Source of the DNA: Eledone cirrhosa
Lineage: Eukaryota
Assembly: GCA_964016885.1 (NCBI GenBank)
Contig: OZ024764.1
Coordinates: 17,980,001-18,044,000 of the forward strand
Length of the DNA: 64,000 bases
Direction: 5' to 3'
Shown: in pieces, positions 15,001 through 29,957 of the stretch
Layout of the letters: every line of letters starts with the position of its first letter
Numbering within the stretch: the stretch's first letter is position 1
The notes under the pieces: generated by a model
Told to the model about the DNA's origin: nothing
Databases searched by the model: none
The model's input: the letters and a program-made list of their open reading frames with translations, nothing else
Translations under genes and position numbers: made by a program

Positions 15001-18000
15001 ATTTAATAGAGATACGGCTTCTACAGGACTAAAACTCATTAATATGATGGGTATTAGTAGAGTATATGCCATATTTAATACAGAAATGGCTTCTAAATGC
15101 ATAAAACTCATTTATTCGATGGAAATAGTAGTGTATAAGCAATAATTAAGGCAGAAATGACTTCTACAAGAGTAAAACTCATTAATATGAGGGGTATTAG
15201 TACAGTATATGCCATATATAATGCAGAAATGGCTTCTAAATGCAGGGAACTCATTAATTCGATGGAAATATTAGTGTATATGCCATATTTAATACAGAAA
15301 TGGGTTCTAAAGACAAGAACTCCTTTAATTCCAATCAAATAGTAGTGTATATGCAATAATTAATGCAGAAATGGCTTCTACAGAGTAAAACTCATTAATA
15401 TGAGGGATATTAGTAGAGTATATGCCATATTTAATATGGAAATGGCTTCTAAATGCAGGGAACTCATTAATTCGATGGAAATAGTAGTGTATATGCAATA
15501 TTTCCTACAGATATGGCTTCTACAGGACTAAAACTCATTAATATGAGGGGTATTAGTAGATTATATGCCATATTTACTATGGAAATGGCTTCTAAATGCA
15601 GGTAACTCATTAATTCGATGGAAATATTAGTGTATATGCAATATTTAAGGCAGAAATGACTTCTACAAGAGTAAAACTCATTAATATGAGGGGTATTAGT
15701 AGAGTATATGCCATATATAATGCAGAAATGGCTCCTAAATGCAGGGAACTCATTAATTCGATGGAAATATTAGTGTATATGCCATATTTAATACAGAAAT
15801 GGGTTCTAAAGGACTAGAACTCTTTAATTCCTATCAAATAGTAGTGTATATGCAATATTTAATACAGAAATGGCTTCTACAGGACTAATACTTATTAATA
15901 TGAGGAGTATGAGTAGAGTATATGCCATATTTACTATGGAAATGGCTTGTAAATGCAGGGAACTCATTAATTCGATGGAAATATTAGTGTATATGCAATA
16001 TTTAATACAGATATGGCTTCTACAGGACTAATACTCATTCATATAAGGGGTATTAGTAGAGTATATGCCATATATAATACTGAAATGGCTTCTAAATGCA
16101 GGGACTCAGTAATTCGATGGAAATAGTAGTGTATATCCAATATTTAATAGAGATATGGCCTCTACAGGATTAAACTCGTTAATATGAGGGGTATTAGTAG
16201 ATTATATGCCATATTTAATACAGAAATGGGTTCTAAAGGACTAGATCTCTTTAATTCCCATCAAATAGTAGTGTATATGCAATATTTAATACAGGAATGG
16301 CTTCTACAGGACTAAAACTCATTAATATGAGGGTTACTAGTAGAGTATATGCCATATTTAATACGGAAATGGCTTCTAAATGCAGGGAACTCATTAATTC
16401 GATGGAAATAGTAATGTATATGCAATATTTAATAGAGATACGGCTTCTACAGGACTAAAGCTCATTAATATGATGGGTATTAGTAGAGTATATGCCATAT
16501 ATAATACAGAAATGGCTTCTAAATGCAGGGAACTCATTAATTCGAAGGAAATAGTAGTGTATATCCAATATTTAATAGAGATATGGCTTCTACAGGATTA
16601 AACTCATTAATATGAGGGGTATTAGTAGGTTATATGCCATATTTAATACAGAAATGGGTTCTAAAGGACTAGACCTCTTTAATTCCCATCAAATAGTAGT
16701 GTATATGCAATATTTAATACAGGAATGGCTTCTACAGGACTAAAACTCATTAATATGAGGGTTACTAGTAGAGTATATGCCATATTTAATACGGAAATGG
16801 CTTCGAAATGCAGGGAACTCATTAATTCGATGGAAATAGTAGTGTATATGCAATATTTAATAGAGATACGGCTTCTACAGGACTAAAACTCATTAATATG
16901 ATGGGTATTAGTAGAGTATATGCCATATTTAATACAGAAATGGCTTCTAAATGCATAAAACTCATTTATTCGATGGAAATAGTAGTGTATAAGCAATAAT
17001 TAAGGCAGAAATGACTTCTACAAGAGTAAAACTCATTAATATGAGGGGTATTAGTAGAGTATATGCCATATATAATGCAGAAATGGCTTCTAAATGCAGG
17101 GAACTCATTAATTCGATGGAAATATTAGTGTATATGCCATATTTAATACAGAAATGGGTTCTAAAGACAAGAACACCTTTAATTCCAATCAAATAGTAGT
17201 GTATATGCAATAATTAATGCAGAAATGGCTTCTACAAGAGTAAAACTCATTAATATGAGGGATATTAGTAGAGTATATGCCATATTTTAATATGGAAATG
17301 GCTTCTAAATGCAGGGAACTCATTAATTCGATGGAAATAGTAGTGTATATGCAATATTTCCTACAGATATGGCTTCTACAGGACTAAAACTCATTAATAT
17401 GAGGGGTATTAGTAGATTATATGCCATATTTACTATGGAAATGGCTTCTAAATGCAGGTAACTCATTAATTCGATGGAAATATTAGTGTATATGCAATAT
17501 TTAAGGCAGAAATGACTTCTACAAGAGTAAAACTCATTAATATGAGGGGTATAGTAGAGTATATGCCATATATAATGCAGAAATGGCTTCTAATGCAGGG
17601 AACTCATTAATTCGATGGAAATATTAGTGTATATGCCATATTTAATACAGAAATGGGTTCTAAAGGACTAGAACTCTTTAATTCCTATCAAATAGTAGTG
17701 TATATGCAATATTTAATACAGAAATGGCTTCTACGGGACTAAAACTCATTAATATGAGGGTTATTAGTAGAGTATATGCCATATTTAATACAGAAATGGC
17801 TTCTAAATGCAGGGAACTCATTAATTCGATGGAAATAGTAGTGTATATGCAATATTTAATAGAGATACGGCTTCTACAGGACTAAAACTCATTAATATGA
17901 TGGGTATTAGTAGAGTATATGCCATATATAATACAGAAATGGCTTCTAAATGCAGAAAACTCATTTATTCGATGGAAATAGTAGTTTATATGCAATAATT

Positions 18001-21000
18001 AAGGCAGAAATGACTTCTACAAGAGTAAAACTCATTAATATGAGGGGTATTAGTTGAGTATATGCCATATATAATGCAGAAATGGCTTCTAGATCCAGGG
18101 AACTCATTAATTCGATGGAAATATTAGTGTATATGCCATATTTAATATAGAAATGGGTTCTAAAGACAAGAACTCCTTTAATTCCAATCAAATAGTAGTG
18201 TATATGCAATATTTAATACAGAAATGGCTTCTACAGGACTAATACTTATTAATATGAGGAGTATGAGTAGAGTATATGCCATATTTACTATGGAAATGGC
18301 TTGTAAATGCAGGGAACTCATTAATTCGATGGAAATATTAGTGTATATGCAATATTTAATACAGATATGGCTTCTACAGGACTAATACTCATTCATATGA
18401 GGGGTATTAGTAGAGTATATGCCATATATAATACAGAAATGGCTTCTAAATGCAGGGAACTCATTAATTCGATGGAAATATTAGTGTATATGCCATATTT
18501 AATTCAGAAATGGGTTCTAAAGACAAGAACTCCTTTAATTCCAATCAAATAGTAGTGTATATGCAATATTTAATACAGAAATGGCTTCTACAGGACTAAT
18601 ACTCATTAATATGAGGGGTATGAGTAGAGTATATGCCATATTTACTATGGAAATGGATTCTAAATGCAGGAACTCATTAATTCGATGGAAATATTAGTGT
18701 ATATGCCATATTTAATACAGAAATGGGTTCTAAAGACAAGAACTCCTTCAATTCCAATCAAATAGTAGTGTATATGCAATAATTAATGCCGAAATGGCTT
18801 CTACAAGAGTAAAACTCATTAATATGAGGGATAATTTAATATAGGAAATGGCTTCTAAATGCAGGGAACTCATTAATTCGATGGAAATAGTAGTGTATAT
18901 GCAATATTTAATACAGATATGGCTTCTACAGGACTAAAACTCATTTATATGAGGGTTATTAGTAGAATATATGCCATATTTAATATGGAAATGGCTTCTA
19001 AATGCAGGGAACTCATTAATTCAATGGAAATAGTAGTGTATATGCAATATTTAATAGAGATACGGCTTCTACAGGACTACAACTCATTAATATGATGGGT
19101 ATTAGTAGAGTATATGCCATATTTAATACAGAAATGGCTTCTAAATGCAGAAAACTCATTTATTCGATGGAAATAGTAGTGTATATGCAATAATTAAGGC
19201 AGAAATGACTTCTACAAGAGTAAAACTCATTAATATGAGGGGTATTAGTAGAGTATATGCCATATATAATGCAGAAATGGCTTCTAAATGCAGGGAACTC
19301 ATTAATTCGATGGAAATATTAGTGTATATGCCATATTTAATACAGAAATGGGTTCTAAAGACAAGAACTCCTTTAATTCCAATCAAATAGTAGTGTATAT
19401 GCAATAATTAATCCAGAAATGGCTTCTACAAGAGTAAAACTCATAAATATGAGGGATATTAGTAGAGTATATTCCATATTTAATATGGAAATGGCTTCTA
19501 AATGCATGGAACTCATTAATTCGATGGAAATAGTAGTGTATATGCAATATTTAATACAGATATGGCTTCTACAGGACTAAACCTCATTAATATGAGGGGT
19601 ATTAGTAGATTATACGCCATATTTACTATGGAAATCGCTTCTAAATGCAGGGAACTCATTAATTCGATGGAAATATTAGTGTATATGCAATATTTAATAC
19701 AGATATGGCTTCTACAGGACTAATACTCATTCATATGAGGGGTATTAGTAGAGTATATGCCATATATAATACAGAAATGGCTTCTAAATGCAGGGAACTC
19801 ATTAATTCGATGGAAATATTAGTGTATATGCCATATTTAATACAGATATGGCTTCTACAGGACTAAAACTCATTAATATGAGGGGTATTAGTAGAGTATA
19901 TACCATATATAATACTGAAATGGCTTCTAAATGCAGGGAACTCAGTAATTCGATGGAAATAGTAGTGTACATCCAATATTTAATAGAGATATGGCTTCTA
20001 CAGGATTAAACTCGTTAATATGAGGGGTATTAGTAGATTATATGCCATATTTAATACAGAAATGGGTTCTAAAGGACTAGACCTCTTTAATTCCCATCAA
20101 ATAGTAGTGTATATGCAATATTTAATACAGGAATGGCTTCTACAGGACTAAAACTCATTAATATGAGGGTTACTAGTAGAGTATATGCCATATTTAATAC
20201 GGAAATGGCTTCTAAATGCAGGGAACTCATTAATTCGATGGAAATAGTAGTGTATATGCAATATTTAATAGAGATACGGCTTCTACAGGACTAAAACTCA
20301 TTAATATGATGGGTATTATTAGAGTATATGCCATATTTAATACAGAAATGGCTTCTAAATGCATAAAACTCATTTATTCGATTGAAATAGTAGTGTATAT
20401 GCAATAATTAAGGCAGAAATGACTTCTACAAGAGTAAAACTCATTAATATGAGGGGTATTAGTAGAGTATATGCCATATATAATGCAGAAATAGCTTCTA
20501 AATGCAGGGAACTCATTAATTTGATGGAAATATTAGTGTATATGCCATATTTAATACAGAAATGGGTTCTAAAGACAAGAACTCCTTTAATTCCAATCAA
20601 ATAGTAGTGTATATGCAATAATTAATGCAGAAATGGCTTCTACAAGAGTAAAACTCATTAATATGAGGGATATTAGTAGAGTATATGCCATATTTAATAT
20701 GGAAATGGCATCTAAATGCAGGGAACTCATTAATTCGATGGAAATAGTAGTGTATATGCAATATTTCCTACAGATATGGCTTCTACAGGACTAAAACTCA
20801 TTAATATGAGGGGTATTAGTAGATTATATGCCATATTTACTATGGAAATGGCTTCTAAATGCAGGTAACTCATTAATTCGATGGAAATATTAGTGTATAT
20901 GCAATATTTAAGGCAGAAATGACTTCTACAAGAGTAAAACTCATTAATATGAGGGGTATTAGTAGAGTATATGCCATATATAATGCAGAAATGGCTTCTA

Positions 21001-24000
21001 AATGCAGAAAACTCATTTATTCGATGGAAATAGTAGTTTATATGCAATAATTAAGGCAGAAATGACTTCTACAAGAGTAAAACTCATTAATATGAGGGGT
21101 ATTAGTTGAGTATATGCCATATATAATGCAGAAATGGCTTCTAAATGCAGGGACCTCATTAATTCGATGGAAATATTAGTGTATATGCCATATTTAATAC
21201 AGAAATGGGTTCTAAAGGACTAGAACTCTTTAATTCCTATCAAATAGTAGTGTATATGCAATATTTAATACAGAAATGGCTTCTACAGGACTAATACTTA
21301 TTAATATGAGGAGTATGAGTAGAGTATATGCCATATTTACTATGGAAATGGCTTGTAAATGCAGGGAACTCATTAATTCGATGGAAATATTAGTGTATAT
21401 GCAATATTTAATACAGATATGGCTTCTACAGGACTAATACTCATTCATATGAGGGGTATTAGTAGAGTATATGCCATATATAATACTGAAATGGCTTCTA
21501 AATGCAGGGAACTCAGTAATTCGATGGAAATAGTAGTGTATATCCAATATTTAATAGAGATATGGCCTCTACAGGATTAAACTCGTTAATATGAGGGGTA
21601 TTAGTAGATTATATGCCATATTTAATACAGAAATGGGTTCTAAAGGACTAGATCTCTTTAATTCCCATCAAATAGTAGTGTATATGCAATATTTAATACA
21701 GGAATGGCTTCTACAGGACTAAAACTCATTAATATGAGGGTTACTAGTAGAGTATATGCCATATTTAATACGGAAATGGCTTCTAAATGCAGGGAACTCA
21801 TTAATTCGATGGAAATAGTAATGTATATGCAATATTTAATAGAGATACGGCTTCTACAGGACTAAAGCTCATTAATATGATGGGTATTAGTAGAGTATAT
21901 GCCATATATAATACAGAAATGGCTTCTAAATGCAGGGAACTCATTAATTCGAAGGAAATAGTAGTGTATATCCAATATTTAATAGAGATATGGCTTCTAC
22001 AGGATTAAACTCATTAATATGAGGGGTATTAGTAGGTTATATGCCATATTTAATACAGAAATGGGTTCTAAAGGACTAGACCTCTTTAATTCCCATCAAA
22101 TAGTAGTGTATATGCAATATTTAATACAGGAATGGCTTCTACAGGACTAAAACTCATTAATATGAGGGTTACTAGTAGAGTATATGCCATATTTAATACG
22201 GAAATGGCTTCGAAATGCAGGGAACTCATTAATTCGATGGAAATAGTAGTGTATATGCAATATTTAATAGAGATACGGCTTCTACAGGACTAAAACTCAT
22301 TAATATGATGGGTATTAGTAGAGTATATGCCATATTTAATACAGAAATGGCTTCTAAATGCATAAAACTCATTTATTCGATGGAAATAGTAGTGTATAAG
22401 CAATAATTAAGGCAGAAATGACTTCTACAAGAGTAAAACTCATTAATATGAGGGGTATTAGTAGAGTATATGCCATATATAATGCAGAAATGGCTTCTAA
22501 ATGCAGGGAACTCATTAATTCGATGGAAATATTAGTGTATATGCCATATTTAATACAGAAATGGGTTCTAAAGACAAGAACACCTTTAATTCCAATCAAA
22601 TAGTAGTGTATATGCAATAATTAATGCAGAAATGGCTTCTACAAGAGTAAAACTCATTAATATGAGGGATATTAGTAGAGTATATGCCATATTTAATATG
22701 GAAATGGCTTCTAAATGCAGGGAACTCATTAATTCGATGGAAATATTAGTGTATATGCAATATTTAAGGCAGAAATGACTTCTACAAGAGTAAAACTCAT
22801 TAATATGAGGGGTATTAGTAGAGTATATGCCATATATAATGCAGAAATGGCTTCTAAATGCAGGGAACTCATTAATTCGATGGAAATATTAGTGTATATG
22901 CCATATTTAATACAGAAATGGGTTCTAAAGGACTAGAACTCTTTAATTCCTATCAAATAGTAGTGTATATGCAATATTTAATACAGAAATGGCTTCTACG
23001 GGACTAAAACTCATTAATATGAGGGTTATTAGTAGAGTATATGCCATATTTAATACAGAAATGGCTTCTAAATGCAGGGAACTCATTAATTCGATGGAAA
23101 TAGTAGTGTATATGCAATATTTAATAGAGATACGGCTTCTACAGGACTAAAACTCATTAATATGATGGGTATTAGTAGAGTATATGCCATATATAATACA
23201 GAAATGGCTTCTAAATGCAGAAAACTCATTTATTCGATGGAAATAGTAGTTTATATGCAATAATTAAGGCAGAAATGACTTCTACAAGAGTAAAACTCAT
23301 TAATATGAGGGGTATTAGTTGAGTATATGCCATATATAATGCAGAAATGGCTTCTAGATCCAGGGAACTCATTAATTCGATGGAAATATTAGTGTATATG
23401 CCATATTTAATATAGAAATGGGTTCTAAAGACAAGAACTCCTTTAATTCCAATCAAATAGTAGTGTATATGCAATATTTAATACAGAAATGGCTTCTACA
23501 GGACTAATACTTATTAATATGAGGAGTATGAGTAGAGTATATGCCATATTTACTATGGAAATGGCTTGTAAATGCAGGGAACTCATTAATTCGATGGAAA
23601 TATTAGTGTATATGCAATATTTAATACAGATATGGCTTCTACAGGACTAATACTCATTCATATGAGGGGTATTAGTAGAGTATATGCCATATATAATACA
23701 GAAATGGCTTCTAAATGCAGGGAACTCATTAATTCGATGGAAATATTAGTGTATATGCCATATTTAATTCAGAAATGGGTTCTAAAGACAAGAACTCCTT
23801 TAATTCCAATCAAATAGTAGTGTATATGCAATATTTAATACAGAAATGGCTTCTACAGGACTAATACTCATTAATATGAGGGGTATGAGTAGAGTATATG
23901 CCATATTTACTATGGAAATGGATTCTAAATGCAGGAACTCATTAATTCGATGGAAATATTAGTGTATATGCCATATTTAATACAGAAATGGGTTCTAAAG

Positions 24001-27000
24001 ACAAGAACTCCTTCAATTCCAATCAAATAGTAGTGTATATGCAATAATTAATGCCGAAATGGCTTCTACAAGAGTAAAACTCATTAATATGAGGGATAAT
24101 TTAATATAGGAAATGGCTTCTAAATGCAGGGAACTCATTAATTCGATGGAAATAGTAGTGTATATGCAATATTTAATACAGATATGGCTTCTACAGGACT
24201 AAAACTCATTTATATGAGGGTTATTAGTAGAATATATGCCATATTTAATATGGAAATGGCTTCTAAATGCAGGGAACTCATTAATTCAATGGAAATAGTA
24301 GTGTATATGCAATATTTAATAGAGATACGGCTTCTACAGGACTACAACTCATTAATATGATGGGTATTAGTAGAGTATATGCCATATTTAATACAGAAAT
24401 GGCTTCTAAATGCAGAAAACTCATTTATTCGATGGAAATAGTAGTGTATATGCAATAATTAAGGCAGAAATGACTTCTACAAGAGTAAAACTCATTAATA
24501 TGAGGGGTATTAGTAGAGTATATGCCATATATAATGCAGAAATGGCTTCTAAATGCAGGGAACTCATTAATTCGATGGAAATATTAGTGTATATGCCATA
24601 TTTAATACAGAAATGGGTTCTAAAGACAAGAACTCCTTTAATTCCAATCAAATAGTAGTGTATATGCAATAATTAATCCAGAAATGGCTTCTACAAGAGT
24701 AAAACTCATAAATATGAGGGATATTAGTAGAGTATATTCCATATTTAATATGGAAATGGCTTCTAAATGCATGGAACTCATTAATTCGATGGAAATAGTA
24801 GTGTATATGCAATATTTAATACAGATATGGCTTCTACAGGACTAAAACTCATTAATATGAGGGGTATTAGTAGATTATACGCCATATTTACTATGGAAAT
24901 CGCTTCTAAATGCAGGGAACTCATTAATTCGATGGAAATATTAGTGTATATGCAATATTTAATACAGATATGGCTTCTACAGGACTAATACTCATTCATA
25001 TGAGGGGTATTAGTAGAGTATATGCCATATATAATACAGAAATGGCTTCTAAATGCAGGGAACTCATTAATTCGATGGAAATATTAGTGTATATGCCATA
25101 TTTAATACAGATATGGCTTCTACAGGACTAAAACTCATTAATATGAGGGGTATTAGTAGAGTATATACCATATATAATACTGAAATGGCTTCTAAATGCA
25201 GGGAACTCAGTAATTCGATGGAAATAGTAGTGTACATCCAATATTTAATAGAGATATGGCTTCTACAGGATTAAACTCATTAATATGAGGGGTATTAGTA
25301 GATTATATGACATATTTAATACAGAAATGGGTTCTAAAGGACTAGACCTCTTTAATTCCCATCAAATAGTAGTGTATATGCAATATTTAATACAGGAATG
25401 GCTTCTACAGGACTAAAACTCATTAATATGAGGGTTACTAGTAGAGTATATGCCATATTTAATACGGAAATGGCTTCAAAATGCAGGGAACTCATTAATT
25501 CGATGGAAATAGTAGTGTATATGCAATATTTAATAGAGATACGGCTTCTACAGGACTAAAACTCATTAATATGATCGGTATTAGTAGAGTATATGCCATA
25601 TTTAATACAGAAATGGCTTCTAAATGCAGAAAACTCATTTATTCGATGGAAATAGTAGTTTATATGCAATAATTAAGGCAGAAATGACTTCTACAAGAGT
25701 AAAACTCATTAATATGAGGGGTATTAGTTGAGTATATGCCATATATAATGCAGAAATGGCTTCTAGATCCAGGGAACTCATTAATTCGATGGAAATATTA
25801 GTGTATATGCCATATTTAATACAGAAATGGGTTCTAAAGACAAGAACTCCTTTAATTCCAATCAAATAGTAGTGTATATGCAATATTTAATACAGAAATG
25901 GCTTCTACAGGACTAATACTTATTAATATGAGGGGTATGAGTAGAGTATATGCCATATTTACTATGGAAATGGCTTGTAAATGCAGGGAACTCATTAATT
26001 CGATGGAAATATTAGTGTATATGCAATATTTAATACAGATATGGCTTCTACAGGACTAATACTCATTCATATGAGGGGTATTAGTAGAGTATATGCCATA
26101 TATAATACAGAAATGGCTTCTAAATGCAGGGAACTCATTAATTCGATGGAAATATTAGTGTATATGCCATATTTAATACAGATATGGCTTCTACAGGACT
26201 AAAACTCATTAATATGAGGGGTATTAGTAGAGTATATGCCATATATAATACTGAAATGGCTTCTAAATGCAGGGAACTCAGTAATTGGATGGAAATAGTA
26301 GTGTATATCCAATATTTAATAGAGATATGGCTTCTACAGGATTAAACTCGTTAATATGAGGGGTATTAGTAGATTATATGCCATATTTAATACAGAAATG
26401 GGTTCTAAAGGACTAGACCTCTTTAATTCCCATCAAATAGTAGTGTATATGCAATATTTAATACAGGAATGGCTTCTACAGGACTAAAACTCATTAATAT
26501 GAGGGTTACTAGTAGAGTATATGCCATATTTAATACGGAAATGGCTTCTAAATGCAGGGAACTCATTAATTCGATGGAAATAGTAGTGTATATGCAATAT
26601 TTAATAGAGATACGGCTTCTACAGGACTAAAACTCATTAATATGATGGGTATTATTAGAGTATATGCCATATTTAATACAGAAATGGCTTCTAAATGCAT
26701 AAAACTCATTTATTCGATTGAAATAGTAGTGTATATGCAATAATTAAGGCAGAAATGACTTCTACAAGAGTAAAACTCATTAATATGAGGGGTATTAGTA
26801 GAGTATATGCCATATATAATGCAGAAATAGCTTCTAAATGCAGGGAACTCATTAATTTGATGGAAATATTAGTGTATATGCCATATTTAATACAGAAATG
26901 GGTTCTAAAGACAAGAACTCCTTTAATTCCAATCAAATAGTAGTGTATATGCAATAATTAATGCAGAAATGGCTTCTACAAGAGTAAAACTCATTAATAT

Positions 27001-27759
27001 GAGGGATATTAGTAGAGTATATGCCATATTTAATATGGAAATGGCATCTAAATGCAGGGAACTCATTAATTCGATGGAAATAGTAGTGTATGTGCAATAT
27101 TTCATACAGATCTGGCTTCTACAGGACTAAAACTCATTAATATGAGGGGTATTAGTAGATTATATGCCATATTTACTATGGAAATGGCTTCTAAATGCAG
27201 GGAACTCATTAATTGGATGGAAATATTAGTGTATATGCAATATTTAAGGCAGAAATGACTTCTACAAGAGTAAAACTCATTAATATGAGGGGTATTAGTA
27301 GAGTATATGCCATATATAATGCAGAAATGGCTTCTAAATGCAGGGAACTCATTAATTCGATGGAAATATTAGTGTATATGCCATATTTAATACAGAAATG
27401 GGTTCTAAAGGACTAGAACTCTTTAATTCCCATCAAATAGTAGTGTATATGCAATATTTAATACAGAAATGGCTTCTACAGGACTAAAACTCATTAATAT
27501 GAGGGTTATTAGTAGAGTATATGCCATATTTAATACAGAAATGGCTTCTAAATGCAGGGAACTCATTAATTCGATGGAAATAGTAGTGTATATGCAATAT
27601 TTAATAGAGATACGGCTTCTACAGGACTAAAACTCATTAATATGATGGGTATTAGTAGAGTATATGCCATATTTAATACAGAAATGGCTTCTAAATGCAG
27701 AAAACTCATTTATTCGATGGAAATAGTAGTTTATATGCAATAATTAAGGCAGAAATGAC
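1..27759 (+). repeat. Satellite DNA array, 71/72-bp monomers (about 385-390 copies), several monomer types, often as ~143-bp dimers; continues beyond the window's left edge
   Basis: Continuous tandem units such as CAGAAATGGCTTCTAAATGCAGGGAACTCATTAATTCGATGGAAATAGTAGTGTATATGCAATATTTAATA (71 bp), GAGATACGGCTTCTACAGGACTAAAACTCATTAATATGATGGGTATTAGTAGAGTATATGCCATATTTAATA (72 bp) and variants with AAGACAAGAACTCCTTTAATTCCAATC or AAGGACTAGAACTCTTTAATTCCCATC. Confidence 0.98.
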
Positions 27760-29413
27760 ATATACACTACTATTTCCATCGAATAAATGAGTTTTCTGCA
27801 TTTAGAAGCCATTTCTGTACTAAATATGGCATATACTCTATTAATACCCCTCATATTAATGAGTATTAGTCCTGTATAAGCCATATATGTATTAAATATT
27901 GCATATACACTAATATTTCCATCGGATTAATGAGTTCTCTGCATTTAGAAGCCATTTCATATTAAATATAGCATATAATCAACTAATACCCCTCATATTA
28001 ATGAGTTTTAGTCCTGTTGAAGCCATATCTGTATTAAATATTGGATATACACTACTATTTCTATCGAATAAATGAGTTCTCTGCATTTAGAAGCCATTTC
28101 TGTATTAAATATGGCATATACTTTACTAATACCCCTCATATTAATGAGTTTTAGTCCTGTGGAAGCCATATCCCTATTAAATATTGCATATACACTACTA
28201 TTTCCATCGAATTAATGAGTTCCCTGCATTTAGAAGCCATTTCCATATTAAACATGGCATACAAATACCCCTCATATTAATGAGTTTCACTCCTGTAGAA
28301 GCCATTTCTGCATTATTTATTGCATATACACTATTATTTCCATCGAATAAATGACTTCCTGCATTTAGAAGCCATTTCTGTACTAAATATAACATAAACT
28401 CTACTAATACCACTCACATTGATGAGTATTAGTCCTGTAGAAGCCATAGGTGTATTATATATTGCATATACACTAATATTTCCATCAAATCAACGAGTTC
28501 CTTGCATTTAGAAGCCATTTCCATAATAAATATGGCATATAATCTACTAATACTCCTTATATTAATGAGCTTTACTCTTGTAGAAGCCATTTCTGTATTA
28601 AATATTGCTTATACACTACTATTTCCATCGAATAAATGAATTCTCTGCATTTAGAAGTTATTTCCATATTAAATATGGCATATAATCTACTAATACTCCT
28701 CACATTAATGAGTTATACTCTTGTAGAAGCCATTTCTGCATTAATTATTGCATATACACTATTATTTCCATCGAATAAATGAATTTTCTGCATTTAGAAG
28801 CCATTTCTGTATTAAATATGGCATATAATCTACTAATACCACTCATATTGATGAGTATTAGTCCTGTAGATGCCATTTCTGTATTAAATATTGGATATAC
28901 ACTACTATTTCCATGAGTTCTCTGCATTTAGAAGCCATTTGTGTATTAAATATGGCATATACTCTACTGAGTTTTAGTCCTGTAGAAGCCATATCTCTAT
29001 TAAATATTGCATATACACTACTATTTCCATCGAATTAATGAGTTCCCTGCATTTAGAACCATTTCCATATTAAATATGGTATATACTCTACTAATACCCC
29101 TAATATTAATGAGTTTTAGTCCTTTAGAAGCCATTTCTGCATTAATTATTGCATATACACTACTATTTCCATCGAATAAATGAGTTTTCTGCATTTAGAA
29201 GCCATTTCTGTACTAAATATGGCATATAATGTACTAATACCATTCATATTGATTAGTATTAGTCCTGTATAAGCCATAGCTGTATTATATATTGCATATA
29301 CACTAATATTTCCATCGAATTATTGCCATTTCCATATTAAATATGGCATATAATCTACTAATACCCCTGATATTAATGAGTTTTACTCTTGTAGAAGCCA
29401 TTTCTGTATTAAA
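27760..29413 (-). repeat. Inverted, more diverged block of the same satellite
   Basis: Sequence switches to the reverse complement (CATATACACTACTATTTCCATCGAATAAATGAG...) at 27759/27760 and back at ~29414; more substitutions and small deletions than the main array. Confidence 0.95.
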
Positions 29414-29957
29414 CCTCAATACAGAAATGGTTTGTTAAGTGCTAAAGCTCATTAATTCGAAGGAAATAGTACATTATATGCAATATTTAATAAAGAAATT
29501 TCTTCTAAAGGACTAGAACTTTCAATTCAAAGGAAATAGTAGTATATATGTAATATTTATTACAGAAATGGCTTCGTAAACACTAGAACTCTTTAATTTG
29601 AAGAGTATTAGTAGAGTATATGCAATATTTAATACACAAATTGTTTCTAAAAGAGTAGAACTCTTCAGTTCTAAGGAAATATTAGATTGTATGCTATATT
29701 TAATACAGAAATTGCTTCTGAAGGAGTAGAACTCTTTAGTTCGAAGGAAATAGAGTATATACAATATTTAATACAGAAATGGGATCTCCAGAACTAGAAC
29801 TGTTACATTCTAAAGAAATGGTAGTGTATATGCAATAATTAATAATGAAATAGCTTGTACAAGTCTAGAACTCTTTAATCCAAAGGAAATAAAATAGTAT
29901 TTGCAATATTCAATACAGAAATGTCTTCTACAGTGCAACAACTCATTACTTCGAAGG
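29414..29957 (+). repeat. Highly diverged terminal monomers of the satellite (old edge layer)
   Basis: About 7-8 degenerate ~71-bp units retaining AATACAGAAAT...CTAGAACTCTTTAATTC..AGGAAATAGTAG. Confidence 0.88.

Noticed and set aside
1-27759. CRISPR-array-like periodicity
   Set aside because: No unique spacers, no cas genes, eukaryotic context; the whole monomer is repeated
162-29764. Dozens of 60-105-aa ORFs on both strands of the satellite (MHKTHLFDG..., MHIHYYLIG...)
   Set aside because: They are translations of 71/72-bp repeats, are broken by frame-changing units and indels, and show no domain; no evidence of coding
1-29957. Satellite monomers as active hammerhead ribozymes
   Set aside because: The CUGANGA and GAAA core and the 5' strand of stem I are missing in the monomers I read; only ancestry is proposed
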